Assembly (NCBI GenBank): GCA_028709705.1
Contig: JAQVWL010000001.1
Span: forward strand, 96,855-160,854
Source of the DNA: Clostridia bacterium
Lineage (GTDB): Bacteria; Bacillota; Clostridia; Christensenellales; UBA1242
Length of the DNA stretch: 64,000 nucleotides
Direction of reading: 5' to 3'
Positions 55,106-64,000 of this stretch are shown here, piece by piece (positions within the stretch are counted from its first letter, which is position 1; each line of letters opens with the position of its first letter). The notes under the pieces are model-generated. The model was not told the DNA's origin. It was given only the letters and a program-made list of their open reading frames with translations, and did not search any database. Position numbers and translations under genes: made by a program.

Positions 55106-57896
55106 TCAAACAAAAAACAATAATGTATTAAACAGTTTAAAAACTATCCACAATCTTCACACAAATGGTGATATTATTTCTTTGCTTCGTGGAATAAGGG
55201 AAAACAAATCTCAAATTGATTATTTTTCCAACAACCTAAATGCAAAGTTGAAAGAAATTAACTTAAAAAAAGAAGCAGAGATAGTTGAACAAAAAAAGAC
55301 GGCGGAACTTTTGGCGGAACAAGAAAAAGCAAAAGAATTGGCAAAAACAAAAGTTGCAAAAGTAGAAGCGCCAAAACAAGAACAAAAAGTTGAAACCGCA
55401 AACATTGCAGAACAAAGTGTAAAAACTGAAAGTTTTAGCAAAGCAGAATTTAATTCTCAAAACCCAAAACCAAATTTTGACCAAAAAAAATCTTTTGATA
55501 ATACCCAAAACCGTAATTTTAACAGAGATAACAGAAGTTTTGGCAATCAAAGTCAACGCCCTTATGACAATCAAAGAACTTATGACAATCAAAGAACTTT
55601 TTCTGGCAACCAACGACCAAATACCCAAAACGGATATAACAGCCAAAATTCAAGACCTTTTAACAACCAAGGGCAACGTCCTTTTAACAACCAAAGAACA
55701 TATGACAATCAAAGAAGTTTTTCAGGCAATCAAAGACCTTTTGGAAACAACACACAAGGCAGTTTTAACAACCAAGGGCAAAGACCATTTGGCAACCAAA
55801 GTCAACGCCCTTTTGGCAACACACAGGGGCGACCTTTTGGAAGTAACACGCAAGGCAGTTTCAATCGCAATCAAACTCAATTTTCTTCCACCAAAGGCAA
55901 CAATTTTAAAAATTTTGCATCGGCAGAAAAAAGCACTTTAATTGTTCAACAAGAAAGAAACTTTGCAAACAAAAACAAATCAGCAGTTAGACAACTTGAT
56001 GAGAGAAAACAACAAGTCAACAAAAAATTTATTCAAAGAAAAAATTATATAGATTTAGATGCCGACAATGAAGAAAGAACAAGTTTTAGAAAACTAATAA
56101 AACAAAAGAAAAAAAGTGAAGTTTTTGTTGCTCCTTCAATAACAAATGCAGTTATAAATACAGAAGCGACAACGGTAAAAACATTGTCAGAAAAAATTGG
56201 AAAACCTGTTGCCGATATTATCAAAAAATTGATGTTGTTGGGGATAATGGCTACAATAAATAGCACCTTGGATTTTGCAACAGCAGAACTTGTTGCCAGC
56301 GAATTGGGCGTTGAATTGGAACAAAAAATTGACAAATCTTATGAAGAAAAACTTTTAGATGTTTCAAAACAAAACGAAGAAGATGAAATGGCAATAAAAA
56401 GACCAGCAGTTGTCACTGTTATGGGGCACGTTGACCATGGAAAAACATCACTTCTTGATGCAATCAGAAAAACAAATATAGCAAGTGGCGAAGCGGGTGG
56501 AATAACCCAAAAAATTGGTGCTTATTCTATTTCTGTCAACAAAGAAAAAATAACATTTATAGACACACCGGGGCATGCCGCTTTCACTTCAATGCGTGCA
56601 AGGGGTGCAAAAATTACTGACATTGCTGTTCTTGTTGTTGCCGCCGATGATGGAATAATGCCACAAACAATAGAAGCAATAAATCATATTAAATCAGCAA
56701 ATGTTCCCATTGTTGTTGCAGTAAACAAAATGGATACAGTAGATGCAAACATAGAAAAAGTAAAATCACAATTAGCCGAAAATGGTGTTTTGCCAGAAGA
56801 ATGGGGTGGCGATACTATTATTGTTCCCGTTTCTGCAAAAACAGGCGTTGGCATTGATGAACTTATAAATATGATTTTGCTTGTTGCCGAAATGCAAAAT
56901 CTCAAAGCAAACCCTAACAAAATGGCAACAGGAACAATTATTGAAGCCGAATTGGACAAAAACAGAGGACCGGTTGCAACCGTTTTGGTTCAAAGTGGAA
57001 CTCTTAAAATTGGCGATTCTATTATGTCAGGCATTACATTTGGCAAAATTAGAGCAATGTTTAACGAAAACGGAAAACCAATCAAAGAAGCAACTCCATC
57101 AACCCCTGTTTCTGTTTTAGGTTTTTATGATGTTCCATATTCTGGCGACCAAGTTTTTGTTGTTTCAGAAAAAATTTCAAAACAAGTTATCAATGAAAGA
57201 ATGACAAAAATCAAAGAAGAAAAATCACAGTTAACTTCACAAGTTACGATGGACAATTTCTTAGATAGAGTCAACGAAAACAAGTTGAAAACTTATAACA
57301 TAATAATCAAAGCTGATGTGCAAGGTTCAGTTGAAGCCTTGAAGCAATCTTTAACAGCGATAACAAACGAAGAAGTAAAAGTTGTTTGTATTCACAGCGG
57401 TGTGGGTAATGTGACAGAATCTGATTTGGTTCTTGCCAAAGCATCTTCCGCTTTTATAATAAACTTTAACTTAAAAGTTTTGTCAAAAATACAATCAATG
57501 GCAGACAATATGGGCGTTGAAATAAAACCTTATGCAATTATTTATGAAGTAGTTGAAGAAATTACCGATTCAATCAATGGTATGCTAACAGTAAAATATG
57601 AACAAGTGGTCAAAGGTCACGCAGAAGTAAGAATGGTATTCAAACTTTCTTCAAATGGCTTGATAGCAGGTTCTTATGTAACTGATGGCAAAATTTTGAG
57701 AAATGCGATGGGAAGACTTATCCGCAAAGGCGAAGTTATTGCTGACACTGAAATTGTTGCTTTGAAAATTATAAAAGATGAAAAAGCCGAAGTTGGTTAT
57801 GGTTTTGAATGTGGTATAAAACTAAAAGAAGTGCCAAATATTGAAGTTGGCGACATTATTGAATGTTATGAAAATGTTCCTATAAAACGAAAATAA
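55098..57896 (+). CDS. infB: translation initiation factor IF-2
   Basis: TTG start overlapping the ylxR stop. GTPase G1 [24 protein letters not shown] and the C-terminal domains. The N-terminal third is low complexity. Confidence 0.95.
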   Translation: MTNQTKNNNVLNSLKTIHNLHTNGDIISLLRGIRENKSQIDYFSNNLNAKLKEINLKKEAEIVEQKKTAELLAEQEKAKELAKTKVAKVEAPKQEQKVETANIAEQSVKTESFSKAEFNSQNPKPNFDQKKSFDNTQNRNFNRDNRSFGNQSQRPYDNQRTYDNQRTFSGNQRPNTQNGYNSQNSRPFNNQGQRPFNNQRTYDNQRSFSGNQRPFGNNTQGSFNNQGQRPFGNQSQRPFGNTQGRPFGSNTQGSFNRNQTQFSSTKGNNFKNFASAEKSTLIVQQERNFANKNKSAVRQLDERKQQVNKKFIQRKNYIDLDADNEERTSFRKLIKQKKKSEVFVAPSITNAVINTEATTVKTLSEKIGKPVADIIKKLMLLGIMATINSTLDFATAELVASELGVELEQKIDKSYEEKLLDVSKQNEEDEMAIKRPAVVTVMGHVDHGKTSLLDAIRKTNIASGEAGGITQKIGAYSISVNKEKITFIDTPGHAAFTSMRARGAKITDIAVLVVAADDGIMPQTIEAINHIKSANVPIVVAVNKMDTVDANIEKVKSQLAENGVLPEEWGGDTIIVPVSAKTGVGIDELINMILLVAEMQNLKANPNKMATGTIIEAELDKNRGPVATVLVQSGTLKIGDSIMSGITFGKIRAMFNENGKPIKEATPSTPVSVLGFYDVPYSGDQVFVVSEKISKQVINERMTKIKEEKSQLTSQVTMDNFLDRVNENKLKTYNIIIKADVQGSVEALKQSLTAITNEEVKVVCIHSGVGNVTESDLVLAKASSAFIINFNLKVLSKIQSMADNMGVEIKPYAIIYEVVEEITDSINGMLTVKYEQVVKGHAEVRMVFKLSSNGLIAGSYVTDGKILRNAMGRLIRKGEVIADTEIVALKIIKDEKAEVGYGFECGIKLKEVPNIEVGDIIECYENVPIKRK
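55539..55883 (+). repeat. degenerate Q/N/R/F-rich tandem repeats in the IF-2 N-terminal region
   Basis: Units such as [14 protein letters not shown](Y/F) and FNNQGQRPF recur. At DNA level TATGACAATCAAAGAA occurs three times and GGCAA(T/C)CAAAGTCAACGCCCTT twice. Confidence 0.8.
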
Positions 57897-57907
57897 AGGG
57901 GATAATA

Positions 57908-58291
57908 ATGAATAATAGAATGTTAAGGGCAGATGCCGAAATACAAAAAGAATTGGCAGAAATAATAAAAAACGATTTAAACGACCCCAGATTTGCAGAC
58001 ATTATTTCAATAACTTGGGTCAAAACAAGTTCTGATTTCAATTTTTGCAAAGTTGGCGTAAGCGTTTTTAATAAAGATATAAAAAAACGAAATGAAACTA
58101 TTAAATTATTAAAAAAATCTTCGGGATATATCAAAAGATTGCTTGCAGATAACTTAAATTTAAGAGCAATTCCAGATTTGGCTTTTGAATTAGATGATGG
58201 TGCGGTTTATGAAGACAAAATTGCAAAAATTTTGGAAACCTTATCAATTCCTAAGGAGAATGCAAATGAAGAAAATAATCCAAAAAATTAA
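57908..58291 (+). CDS. rbfA: ribosome-binding factor A
   Basis: RMLRADAEIQKELAEII...DPRF...ITWVKTSSDFNFCKV is typical of RbfA. Standard operon position after infB. Confidence 0.9.
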   Translation: MNNRMLRADAEIQKELAEIIKNDLNDPRFADIISITWVKTSSDFNFCKVGVSVFNKDIKKRNETIKLLKKSSGYIKRLLADNLNLRAIPDLAFELDDGAVYEDKIAKILETLSIPKENANEENNPKN

Positions 58292-59225
58292 GACCGCAAA
58301 AAGCATAGGTTTGTTTGTTCACACGAAACCCGACCCAGATGCAATAGGTTCAGTTTTTGCTTTGTATTTTGCCTTGAAGCAAAAAAACAAAAAAGTTGAC
58401 ATAATTTTGGAAGAAAAATTGCCAAGCAATTTGCAATTTTTTGAAATTGAAAACATAATTTACAAACTTGAAAAAACCAAATATGACTTGCTTGTTGCTC
58501 TTGATTGCGGAAGCAAAAAATTGTTAAGCAAATATACAAACGCATTTTCAAGTTTTGAAAACACAGTGGCGATTGACCATCACAGAACAAGGGAAGCGGT
58601 TGCCAAATTAGAGTTTGTTAATGCAGAAGCAAGTTCAACAGCCGAAATTTTGTTTTGCTTGTTAAAAGTTTTAAAAACAAAAATTGACAAACAAATAGCA
58701 ACTTGTTTATATGCAGGTTTGGTTGGCGACACAGGCAGATTTTTGCACGATAACACAACCGCAAAAGTTTTTGATATTGCAAGCAATTTGCTAAAATTTG
58801 GTTCTGATATAAACTTGGTTAACACAAAATTGTTTAGAAGTGATTCAACGCAAAAAGTAAAATTGCTTAAAGCAATGCTAAACAATTTGGAAATAAAAAA
58901 CCGCATTGCTATTTCTTGCTTGTCTTTGGAAGATTACAAAAAAGCGGACTGTTCTGTAAGCCAAGGCTATGAATCAATAAACACTTTACAAACAATGGAA
59001 GAAGTTGACATTGCAATTGTTTTAAGTGAAATAAAACCAAACATAACAAATGCAAGTTTTAGAAGCAAACAAGGTTTCAATGTTTCTGTTATTGCACAAA
59101 ATTTTGGTGGTGGCGGGCATACGCAAGCATCAGGATTTAAAGAAGTTGCAGGCAATTTAAAGGATATAAAAACTCAAATTTTAGATTTTATAAAAAAACA
59201 CAAAAAGGAAATAAAAATTGGTTGA
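58266..59225 (+). CDS. nrnA: DHH/DHHA1 phosphoesterase (NrnA-like oligoribonuclease/pAp phosphatase)
   Basis: Start set at ATG 58266 (AAGGAG 7 nt upstream). HTKPDPDAIGS, AIDHHRT, GLVGDTGRF and GGGGHTQASG motifs. Confidence 0.8.
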   Translation: MKKIIQKIKTAKSIGLFVHTKPDPDAIGSVFALYFALKQKNKKVDIILEEKLPSNLQFFEIENIIYKLEKTKYDLLVALDCGSKKLLSKYTNAFSSFENTVAIDHHRTREAVAKLEFVNAEASSTAEILFCLLKVLKTKIDKQIATCLYAGLVGDTGRFLHDNTTAKVFDIASNLLKFGSDINLVNTKLFRSDSTQKVKLLKAMLNNLEIKNRIAISCLSLEDYKKADCSVSQGYESINTLQTMEEVDIAIVLSEIKPNITNASFRSKQGFNVSVIAQNFGGGGHTQASGFKEVAGNLKDIKTQILDFIKKHKKEIKIG

Positions 59226-59889
59226 AGATGGTTTGATTGTTTTGAATAAGCCCAAAGGTATGTCTTCTTTTTTTGCAGTCAAAATTGTAAAAAGGGCATT
59301 AAAGGCGAACAAAGCAGGGCATATGGGAACGCTTGACCCACTTGCGACAGGCGTTCTTGTTATTGGAATTAACAAGGCAACAAAATTGTTTGACAAGTTT
59401 TTAAAAGGCAATAAAGAGTATATAGCGGAATACGAATTTGGTTATGAAACTGACACATTGGATTGTGAAGGAAACATAACAAACAAAAATCAAATTCTTG
59501 TTACAAAAGAAATGTTAGAAAAAATTTTGCCAAAATTTTTGGGCAAGCAGATGCAAGTTCCACCAAATTATTCTGCAAAAAAAATAGATGGAAAAAAAGC
59601 ATACGACCTTGCAAGAATTGGGGTTGAATTTTCTATTCCTCCAAAGCAAGTTGAAGTGTTCGGTTTGGAATTATTAGAACAAATAAAACAAAACACATTT
59701 GCAATCAAAATCAAATGTTCAAGTGGCTTTTACGTTCGCAGTTTGGGCAGAGATTTGGCAAAGGAATTATCAACATATGCTACAACCATCAACATAACAC
59801 GCACAATATGTTGTGGTTTTGGTATTGAAGAAGCACAAAGTTTGGAAGAAATAAAAAGCGGAAATTTCGATTTAAAACCAATAAAATAA
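59218..59889 (+). CDS. truB: tRNA pseudouridine(55) synthase
   Basis: GLIVLNKPKGMSS and GHMGTLDPLATGVLVIG (catalytic Asp motif). TTG start overlaps the upstream stop. Confidence 0.9.
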   Translation: MVEDGLIVLNKPKGMSSFFAVKIVKRALKANKAGHMGTLDPLATGVLVIGINKATKLFDKFLKGNKEYIAEYEFGYETDTLDCEGNITNKNQILVTKEMLEKILPKFLGKQMQVPPNYSAKKIDGKKAYDLARIGVEFSIPPKQVEVFGLELLEQIKQNTFAIKIKCSSGFYVRSLGRDLAKELSTYATTINITRTICCGFGIEEAQSLEEIKSGNFDLKPIK

Positions 59890-59901
59890 AAGGAAAAATA
59901 A

Positions 59902-60780
59902 ATGATAAAATTTGGGCCATCTGGCAACAGTCAATCATTTTTTGATGAAGGAAACAAAACAAGTTTGCAGGCTCCAAAATGGTTAAAAGAAAAAGGACTT
60001 TCGGCATACGAATATTCTTTTGGCAGGGGCTACACAATGAGTTTGGAAACTGCAAAACAACTTGGCGAAGAAGCAAAAATAAATAATATAATGGTAAGTG
60101 TTCACGCCCCATATTTTATCAACCTTGCCAACCCTGATGAAGTTATGAAAGAAAAATCTTTCAATTATATTATCAAGGGTTTTGAATATTTGAAGGCAAT
60201 GCAGGGCGAGCATTTGGTGGTACATATTGGTTCGCAAGGCAAACTTGAAAGAAGCCAAGCAATAAAATTGATTGATGAAAGACTAACCGAATTGCTTGAA
60301 AGACTTGAAAAACTTAACCTAAAAAATATGTATCTTTGCATAGAAACTATGGGCAAAAATATGCAAATAGGAACATACAAAGAAGTGATAAATTTTTGTC
60401 AAAAAAACAAAATGCTTTTGCCAACTTTTGATTTTGGGCATATAAACGCAATCACGCAAGGTGGTTTAAAAACAAAAGAAGATTATCAAAAAATCTTTGA
60501 TTTATGTTTTGAAAAACTGGGTGAGTTTAAAACAAAAAACTGCCATATTCATTTTTCAAAAATCGAATATGGGGCAAAAGGCGAAATCAAACATTTGAAT
60601 TATTCAGACAAAATTTTTGGCCCTGATTTTTTCCCGCTTGCAGAAGTTTTGTGCGACAAAAATTTGACTCCAACCATTATTTGCGAGTCAAAAGTTGTTA
60701 TGGCGGAAGATGCTTTGATTTTAAAAAACATTTATGAAATGACAAAAAATAGTAGACAAAATCAAACAAAAAGGTTATAA
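59902..60780 (+). CDS. TIM-barrel protein, AP endonuclease family 2 / endonuclease IV-like
   Basis: 292 aa. KFGPSGNS N-terminus, VHAPYFINLA, LVVHIGS and FDFGHINA resemble the metal-binding His/Asp pattern of xylose-isomerase-like TIM barrels. Confidence 0.55.
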   Translation: MIKFGPSGNSQSFFDEGNKTSLQAPKWLKEKGLSAYEYSFGRGYTMSLETAKQLGEEAKINNIMVSVHAPYFINLANPDEVMKEKSFNYIIKGFEYLKAMQGEHLVVHIGSQGKLERSQAIKLIDERLTELLERLEKLNLKNMYLCIETMGKNMQIGTYKEVINFCQKNKMLLPTFDFGHINAITQGGLKTKEDYQKIFDLCFEKLGEFKTKNCHIHFSKIEYGAKGEIKHLNYSDKIFGPDFFPLAEVLCDKNLTPTIICESKVVMAEDALILKNIYEMTKNSRQNQTKRL

Positions 60781-60816
60781 TTTTTATTGAATTTTTAAAT
60801 ATTATTAGGGGTGTTT

Positions 60817-61377
60817 ATGATAACAGCAGGAGATTTTAGAAAAGGTGTTACATTTGAAATGGACGGGGCAATTTATGTGGTTGTTGAATTTTTGCACGTT
60901 AAACCGGGTAAAGGTTCTCCTTTCGTTCGAACAAAAATAAAAAATATAATAACAGGACAAGTTCAAGAAAGAACTTTCAATCCAACAGACAAATTTAAAA
61001 TTGCAGTTATAGAAAAAAAAGATATGCAATATCTTTACAACGAAGAAGGTCTTTATTATTTTATGGATATGGAAACTTATGACCAAATTCCACTTAACAA
61101 ATCACAAGTTGAAGATGCTTTAAATTTTATAACCGAAAATATGATGGCTTCAATTCAATTTTATGAAGGCAATGCGTTTTCTGTTGTTCCACCAAATTTT
61201 GTTGACTTGACTATTGTTGAGTGCGAACCGGGTTTGCAAGGCGACACTTCAAAAGCGGGATACAAACCAGCAAAACTTGAAACAGGTTTTGAACTTATGG
61301 TGCCACTTTTTGTCAATCAAGGCGAAAAAATAAAAATTGACACTCGTGATGGCTCTTATATGGAAAGAGTAAAATAA
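60817..61377 (+). CDS. efp: elongation factor P
   Basis: [17 protein letters not shown]...[16 protein letters not shown] (KPGKG loop). AGGGG RBS before ATG 60817. Confidence 0.95.
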   Translation: MITAGDFRKGVTFEMDGAIYVVVEFLHVKPGKGSPFVRTKIKNIITGQVQERTFNPTDKFKIAVIEKKDMQYLYNEEGLYYFMDMETYDQIPLNKSQVEDALNFITENMMASIQFYEGNAFSVVPPNFVDLTIVECEPGLQGDTSKAGYKPAKLETGFELMVPLFVNQGEKIKIDTRDGSYMERVK

Positions 61378-61603
61378 AAACCTTATGATATAATGTAAAA
61401 AATATTGCAAGCGTAAAAAAACTGACAAATTTTATTGGGTTTGTTATTTTTTTTGCCTATACAAATTTTTTTTTAATTATTTTTTATGACAAATATTTTG
61501 AAATATGATATAATAATAAAGTTAAAAAATTTTTAATAAAAAAAATAATTTATAAAAAATAAAATTAGACAAAAGTAAATCCCGTTTTTTGATGGAGAAA
61601 TAA

Positions 61604-63514
61604 GTGAGCAAAATAATATTTACAGATTGTTTTAATACAATAATATTAAGAAAAGAATCTGACAAAATTGTGACATATAATTGGTGTGAAAAATTGGGTG
61701 AAAAATATGATATTGAACCAGCAGTTATTTATCATTTTGTTTCAAAATACAAATTTTCACTAGCCATAAAAAATTTTTTTAAAATAGGGGATACCGAAAT
61801 AAATTTTGAAAAAGTGATAGCGGAAGTTGCAAATGTTTTGAAAAAAAATATATCCGATTTTGATGTTTGTGCTTTCAAAAAAGATGCTATTGCAACTTAT
61901 ATAGAAGTTGAAAGTTTTAGTCATTATTTAAACAAAAAATTTGTTGAAAAGTTAAAACTTTTTAAAGCACAAGGTGCAAAAATTTATGTTTTATCAGATT
62001 TTTATTGCGGAAAAGAAGTGCTTAAAATATGGTTTAAAAATTTGGGTGTTGCTGATTTGTTTGATGATATTTTTGTTTCATGTGATTATATGGCAACAAA
62101 GCGATCAACAAGACTTTACAAAAAAATTGTTCGACAACTTAATATAAGAAAAAAAGATATAACTATGTTTGGAGACAATAGGCATGCCGATATTTTGTGT
62201 TCCAAACTTGTGGGAATAAAAAGTTTTAGAGTTCAAACCGAGATAAAAAAAGCACCAAAAGATTTCAAAAAAATAATTCAATTTGGTTCTCACTACAAAA
62301 AATATGCAGAAATTTTTGAAAGGTTTGGAAACAATTATAATTACTCAAACCACGCTTTTTCTTTGTTTTTGTTTATAAGAAGATTGTACAACGAACTTAA
62401 AAAAAGTGATGTAAAAAATGTTTTTTTCTTGTCAAGAGAAGGTTTGTTTTTAAAAACTTTGTTTGACAAATACAGCGAAATGCGTGGTGGTATTAAAAGT
62501 CATTATTTAGAAGTTAGCAGAAATGCTTTGTATCGTGTTGTTTTAAAACCACTTGAAGAAGAAGATTTTACATACTTTTTCAAAAAAATACACAAAATTG
62601 ACATTTATAAATTTTTAAATAGTTTGTCATTTTCAGAGCAAGAAATTGAAGAAGTACAAGCAGAGTTAAAAGTAAATATCAAAATCAAAAAAAGAAATTT
62701 AGAAAAAACAGAAACTTTCAAAAACCTAAAAAACTGTTTTGCTTTCAAAAAAATTTATGAAGCAAAAAGAAAAGAACAAGAAGGCGTTTTTGACAAATAT
62801 TTGAAATCGTTTGGTGTTGACTTTTCAAAAGAGGGTATGAATATTGTTGATGTTGGTTGGAGAGGGTCTATGCAAGACTTGCTAACAACATACTTGGGTC
62901 CAAATATTGATGTCAAAGGTTGGTATATTGGTTACTTGAAAATTGCTTTTACAAGAAATTTTATTGACATTAATCAAAAATCAAAAAAGGGACTTTTGTT
63001 TGATATGCGTAAAAACAAACATCTTGGAAACAAATGTTTCGAACCTATGTTTCTTGACTATGAACAAATTTGCAGAGCAAACAGAGGTTCCGTTTATGGT
63101 TATAAAATCAACAATGATAAAGTTTCTGTAATTTATGAAAACAAGATAGATGAAAGCAAGTTGCACAAAAAATATATTTTACCGCTCCAAGACCAAATCG
63201 AAAACAAATTTTCCGACCTTTGTAAACTTGAATTCAAAAATTTGTCTATTATTGAGCCAATTACGGTTTTAAGACATATGGATATTTATAAAAAGTTATC
63301 CCGTAATGATATCAATTTTTATCTTAATGCAATAAACTCACATTTTGACAATTTTATTGCAATTGGAATACCTAAAGGAAGCAATACCTTAAAAAGATTT
63401 GCATTTAATGTGGCAGGGTTTTTGCTTAAAATACGATATCTTAGATTTAGCAAAAAAAGAATTTTCAAAACATTTTACAAGCAAATTGCCGAAGGAAAAC
63501 TTTACGATTTATAA
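61604..63514 (+). CDS. large HAD-superfamily-like hydrolase (COG5610-like, tentative)
   Basis: GTG start after GGAG. The N-terminal 210 aa or so carry HAD-like motifs (IIFTDCFNTI, VLSDFYCGK, MFGDNRHADI), but the second Asp of motif I is not conserved. The C-terminal 420 aa or so are unassigned. Confidence 0.4.
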   Translation: MSKIIFTDCFNTIILRKESDKIVTYNWCEKLGEKYDIEPAVIYHFVSKYKFSLAIKNFFKIGDTEINFEKVIAEVANVLKKNISDFDVCAFKKDAIATYIEVESFSHYLNKKFVEKLKLFKAQGAKIYVLSDFYCGKEVLKIWFKNLGVADLFDDIFVSCDYMATKRSTRLYKKIVRQLNIRKKDITMFGDNRHADILCSKLVGIKSFRVQTEIKKAPKDFKKIIQFGSHYKKYAEIFERFGNNYNYSNHAFSLFLFIRRLYNELKKSDVKNVFFLSREGLFLKTLFDKYSEMRGGIKSHYLEVSRNALYRVVLKPLEEEDFTYFFKKIHKIDIYKFLNSLSFSEQEIEEVQAELKVNIKIKKRNLEKTETFKNLKNCFAFKKIYEAKRKEQEGVFDKYLKSFGVDFSKEGMNIVDVGWRGSMQDLLTTYLGPNIDVKGWYIGYLKIAFTRNFIDINQKSKKGLLFDMRKNKHLGNKCFEPMFLDYEQICRANRGSVYGYKINNDKVSVIYENKIDESKLHKKYILPLQDQIENKFSDLCKLEFKNLSIIEPITVLRHMDIYKKLSRNDINFYLNAINSHFDNFIAIGIPKGSNTLKRFAFNVAGFLLKIRYLRFSKKRIFKTFYKQIAEGKLYDL

Positions 63515-63518
63515 AATT

Positions 63519-63947
63519 TTGGGGGCGATTGACAATGATATCGCCTATTTTGACTTGTTTTTTAGAAAAGTGCCAGACAATGGAAGTTTTGTTATTGCTA
63601 ACGGAGTAAAAAAATGTTTGCAATATTTGGAACAATTTAAGTTTAGTAAAAGTGATATAGAATACTTAAAATCTTTGAAAAAATTAAGCAATGAATATAT
63701 AGAAAAACTAAAAAATATTAAATTTACAGGAGATGTTTGGGCGGTTGAAGATGGAACTGTTGTTTTTCCAAACGAACCCGTTATCACAATTAAAGCACCA
63801 CTTTTGGAAGCACAATTGGTAGAAACTTCACTTTTGCTTTTCCAAATAATTTTTCACACAAAACTTGTACAATCTAATTTTTTATCAGATAAGATAATTT
63901 TGCGACAAATCGTTATCTTATTTTTTCCTAAAACTATTTATAATTGA
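63519..63947 (+). pseudogene. pncB: truncated nicotinate phosphoribosyltransferase (pncB) N-terminal remnant
   Basis: IAYFDLFFRKVPDNGSFVIANG...FTGDVWAVEDGTVVFPNEPVITIKAPLLEAQLVETSLL matches only the NAPRTase N-terminal domain. The usual first ~20 aa are missing and similarity is lost near 63870. The ORF ends after unrelated residues, with a terminator-like hairpin and a new promoter following. Confidence 0.4.
63889..63927 (+). terminator. terminator-like hairpin inside the tail of the pncB remnant
   Basis: ATAAGATAA (63889-97) pairs with TTATCTTAT (63913-21), 15-nt loop, then T6. Confidence 0.45.
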
Positions 63948-63972
63948 CTTTTTATTTGTTGCATGGTAAATT
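63944..63972 (+). promoter_or_regulatory. extended -10 promoter reading out of the window
   Basis: TTGACT (63944-49), 17-nt spacer, TGgTAAATT (-10 at 63967-72). Confidence 0.45.
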
Positions 63973-64000
63973 AATATTGAAAATTAAACAAAATTAAACA

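Noticed and set aside
58194-58265. Upstream extension of the DHH phosphoesterase ORF overlapping rbfA by 98 nt.
   Set aside because: AAGGAG lies 7 nt before ATG 58266, and the conserved protein begins there (MKKIIQKIKTAKSIGLFVH). The extension has no support. Similar 5' trimming was applied at 502-531, 3900-3926, 4673-4699, 8929-8982, 34890-34928, 37398-37457, 40786-40842, 46229-46288, 46414-46458 and 60811-60816.
1-64000. tRNA, rRNA, tmRNA, RNase P or SRP RNA genes.
   Set aside because: Visual scanning of all intergenic regions longer than 60 nt found no cloverleaf-compatible sequence (no GTTCGAATC-type T-arm) and no recognisable conserved RNA core. This was a by-eye check only and should be confirmed with tRNAscan and Infernal.

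Overview
This 64-kb window looks like chromosome from an AT-rich, endospore-forming Firmicutes (Clostridia-like) bacterium using the standard genetic code. About 36 kb is ordinary core genome. This includes trxA-nifS-nifU, veg, the sporulation and germination genes spoIIR, sleB-ypeB and ylbJ, nth-obg, pta, rpmF, murG, rpsB-tsf, lgt, lysS, a nusA-ylxR-infB-rbfA-nrnA-truB operon, and efp. I found no tRNA, rRNA, CRISPR array, integrase or transposase. Two things stand out. (1) A block of about 27 kb (roughly 10.7-37.8 kb) has no housekeeping character. It holds a 5263-aa and a 2578-aa tail-anchored surface protein gene converging on a small AmiS/UreI-type channel gene. Next to them are a monocistronic VirD4/TraG-type coupling ATPase with intact motifs and, divergent from it, a 108-aa two-TM protein with VirB2/TrbC-like topology. 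No VirB4, VirB6, relaxase, integrase or sortase signal is present in the window. (2) A modular, nested-palindromic repeat family that I do not recognise occurs at three terminator-proximal intergenic sites (10229-10628, 35075-145, 48145-364). Its core is a 29-nt unit, GGTCAAYGGGGACGNTAGYAACTGACACG, and tandem copies recur every 36-37 bp. Smaller oddities are a Rho-like protein lacking a P-loop, a double zinc-ribbon protein with a long polyacidic tail, an A9 tract at the 5' end of one giant gene, a truncated pncB remnant, and a nusA operon without rimP or ylxQ. All functional calls rest on motif recognition by eye and should be confirmed with profile searches.
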